This document shows, piece after piece, positions 61,061 to 64,000 of a stretch of 64,000 nt of DNA (position 1 is the stretch's first letter; each line of letters starts with the position of its first letter). A program made the position numbers and the translations under genes. The notes beneath the pieces are model-generated. The model was given only the letters and a program-made list of their open reading frames with translations. It was not told the origin of the DNA and ran no database searches. Source of the DNA: Octopus bimaculoides (Eukaryota); the NCBI RefSeq assembly GCF_001194135.2, contig NC_068986.1, positions 34,763,906 to 34,827,905 of the forward strand, given 5' to 3'.

Positions 61061-61968
61061 ACATACATCAGGTAAATTGCCCCCACCCCAAATGTGAAGG
61101 GGCATACTCATTAGATATGTCCTTTCACATACCACATGCAATGAAATCTCACAGCTCCCATATGGTTCACTTCCAAAATGCACTGGAACAGTTCAGGCAA
61201 AGAACATGCTCTGCACTTGGGGGAAAATTACCAGCTCCCTCCAAATTGAACCATAACTGCTTGAAGACCATCATCTGTATTACAAAGGAATTCCTTTGTG
61301 ATATATATATATATAAATGAGATGCTCTCAGTTTCTATCTACCAAATCCATCACAAGGTCTTGATCAGCCCAAAGCTATAGTGAGAGACACTCACCCAAG
61401 GTGCCCCACAGTAGGATTGAACTCAAGGTCATATACAGTCACGCTTGCACCTATAACTTGATTCTATTTATTTATTTATTTATTGGTGCTAGCTTTCTAA
61501 GTAGAAATACATTTCCAAAATCAGAACATTACTCCTAGTATCAGTTCTTTATTATTGATAAAATTCTGGATTGAATATTATCCCAGTGATTTTTGCTGTT
61601 ATTACTACTGCTGCTGCTGCTGTTGTTGTTGTTGTTGTTGTTCATTATGAAACATTTCTCACTAGCTATACTGGGATAAGTATTCTCACTAGTGGTGTGC
61701 TGCGAAACACTTATTGACTGACTGACTGCTGATGTGAAAAAAAGAAAAGTAAAGAAAAAAAAAAAAAGGACACTAAAATTGTTCTCATTCTGCTCCAAGT
61801 GAGATTATTATCATTGATTGGGAATCATCATGGAAACAATAATGCTATATCAGCTTCATGAATTGAATTAAATAATCAAATTGCTGCCCACATTGTGCAT
61901 ATCTGTGCCTCCACGCAGACAGGGGAATTTTCATTTCTCACATATACATACACACACACACTTGCAGA

Positions 61969-62034
<66 letters not shown>

Positions 62035-62599
62035 ATGGTGGTTGATAGATTCCAGAACTACAGTTTCAATTCCACTTGGTTACTACAGTTTCATTCAGGT
62101 CTATACTGCATTATTTAAGCTGTCTGTGAGATAAGACATTCAGTAACATTTAATGATTCTGCCCATTCAAATCTTTTCTCTATTCAATTCTGTTGTGAAT
62201 TCTCTAGCAAAACCGAAGACAACTTTGGTTCTACTATCAACAATAGAGCTTTGAATTCTAATTAAATTATGTTCATTGTTGGCTGAATCACAGCATTTAG
62301 ATAGACAATCCTCTGCCATATATGAAAAATACTATCAATAGTTTCACCTTGCTGCTAACCTCTTCAGTAGAGGTTGCTCTAAGACTAAATATAAAGATTA
62401 AAAGAACAACAGTTCAAAGAATGGTACAAAAGTTGAATTGCTTTTATATGATATATTTTACTATTGTCAATTAATTGTGTTTTTACATATAAGAGCAAAA
62501 TCTTAAGACCTGTTTTAATATTATATTTTCACCAAGCTGTTGTTGTTGTCGTTGTTGCTGTTGTTATTATTATTGTTGTTGTAGTGTCAATTATAATTA

Positions 62600-62830
62600 A
62601 TATTGTGGTGGATTGGTAAAATCATCAGAGCATTGGAAAAATTGTCTTGCAGCGTTTTATTCATTATTTGTTCTGGCACTTTACATTTTGAATTCAGATG
62701 TAATGAGATCAACTTCACCTTTCATACCTCTGTCATTGATAAAATAAATTACCAGTCCAATACTGGTTTTGATATAATTGATTAACCCTCTTCTCTCGCG
62801 AAAATTACTGGCCTTTTGCCTAAATTAGAA
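62600..62830 (+). mobile_element. SINE family B
   Basis: Follows a (GTT/ATT)n tract; GATAAAATAAATTACCAGT core. Confidence 0.8.
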
Positions 62831-63189
62831 TCCGCTACTAAAAGAAGTAGAATTGAAAGTGGGTTAATGTTATGGGAGAATCCTGAACACCTCCATGGGA
62901 CTGAAGGTGCACTAACCGATTAGAGTAAATAAGAATTGAGTGAACTATCAATGGGGGTAGTTGACAGTGTTAGTTCGACCATGTTGGTTACCCATGTTGG
63001 TTTAACACTCTGTAGCTGAACAGTGAATATTGAGTATCATACCTATTTTCAAGTAGTACAGAATACATTCTTTGTTTACATATATTTCTGTAATAGGTTA
63101 TTTTTAGATAACCACTACCAACTATTTATTTGTGTAATACCATTTTACACTAGACATGTACACCCACATCATAACAGTTAACAATTGAT

Positions 63190-63520
63190 TAGAGCATTGA
63201 ACAAAATACTTTGTTGTTTATTTACACCCTGTTACATTCTGAGTTGAAATCCTACAAGATCAAGTATGCTTTTCATCTTTGTAGGATGGAGAATGGGGGA
63301 ATAAAATGAGTACCAACCAAACATTAATGTTTCCAATAGAATCAGTTATACCTTCTCCAAAAATCTGTAGTTTTGTGCGTTTGTTAAAATTATTGTTATT
63401 AAGTAGTGATTCGTCTGGAGTTTATATTGTTTCATTCTCTTAGTTTTGAAAAAATAAGTACCAGTTATGTACTTGTATCAGTTTAAGTGCATATATTAGT
63501 ATTTCCTCATACATGTGTCT
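63190..63520 (+). mobile_element. Two degenerate SINE B copies
   Basis: CATTCTGAGTTGAAATCC...ATAAAATGAGTACC, then a second AAAATAAGTACCAGTT core near 63455. Confidence 0.6.
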
Positions 63521-64000
63521 TTGCATGAATATAAGAAATCCCTTTCTGTTTTTTAAGTATTATCAACAGCTGTAATTGTTGAGTTGTTTCTTTAAACTTG
63601 TGATGTCTTCTTTATCTATATACAATATTTAGTATAGCTCAATTATTCTCTCTAAGTATGTGTGTATATATGTCTATGCTTATGTCTGTGTCTTATAGTG
63701 CCATCTATGTCTTATACACTAAAGTATACACACAATCCTTGTCCTCTAATCTTCAGTAGGTCTGCAAGAATCAAAGAACAATACTGTCCAGTATCATAAA
63801 TTCCTGCTTCGAAGCACCATGACTTTCTAGCTCGTAGCAATTATTGCATTTTGGTGTTATACAATGTAGATAATTCTGAATTTGTTTTAAATTAATAAAT
63901 TTTAAACTTCAAGACACAGACATAGCCATGTTGTTGAGAATTTCCACTTAGCAAACATCTGGCTACTGTTTCAAACTCACTGTATGACAATTTGAGCAAA

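Noticed and set aside
60699-61320. 132-aa and 122-aa plus-strand ORFs
   Set aside because: They lie largely within or start in the SINE F copy, whose higher GC content lowers stop frequency.

Overview
AT-rich, CpG-depleted, microsatellite-dense eukaryotic DNA with 12 assembly gaps (N runs). The repeat content looks like an octopus-type cephalopod genome (inference; no search run): very many tRNA-derived SINE copies of a few families, TTAA-flanked MITEs, one mariner remnant and LINE/Penelope-like fragments. No complete or recognisable host gene, rRNA, true tRNA or CRISPR array is present, and most track ORFs are microsatellite or N-gap artefacts. The only confidently named protein remnant is a decayed mariner transposase (28.2-28.8 kb, minus). 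Best leads: a degenerate type I hammerhead-ribozyme-like core inside a 40-bp inverted repeat (36.56-36.73 kb); a CpG-rich 136-codon open frame with an adjacent decayed RT-like stretch that may be a Penelope-like element (15.9-17.6 kb); a local duplication showing the empty and filled site of a piggyBac-type MITE (56.8-58.8 kb); same-orientation SINE arrays and LINE-like tails anchored in (ATT)n tails; and several exon-like segments of an unidentified plus-strand gene (best 5425-5487). Family letters A-K are my own labels. Repeat boundaries were read by eye and are approximate (about +/-10-20 nt) unless TIRs or TSDs are quoted.
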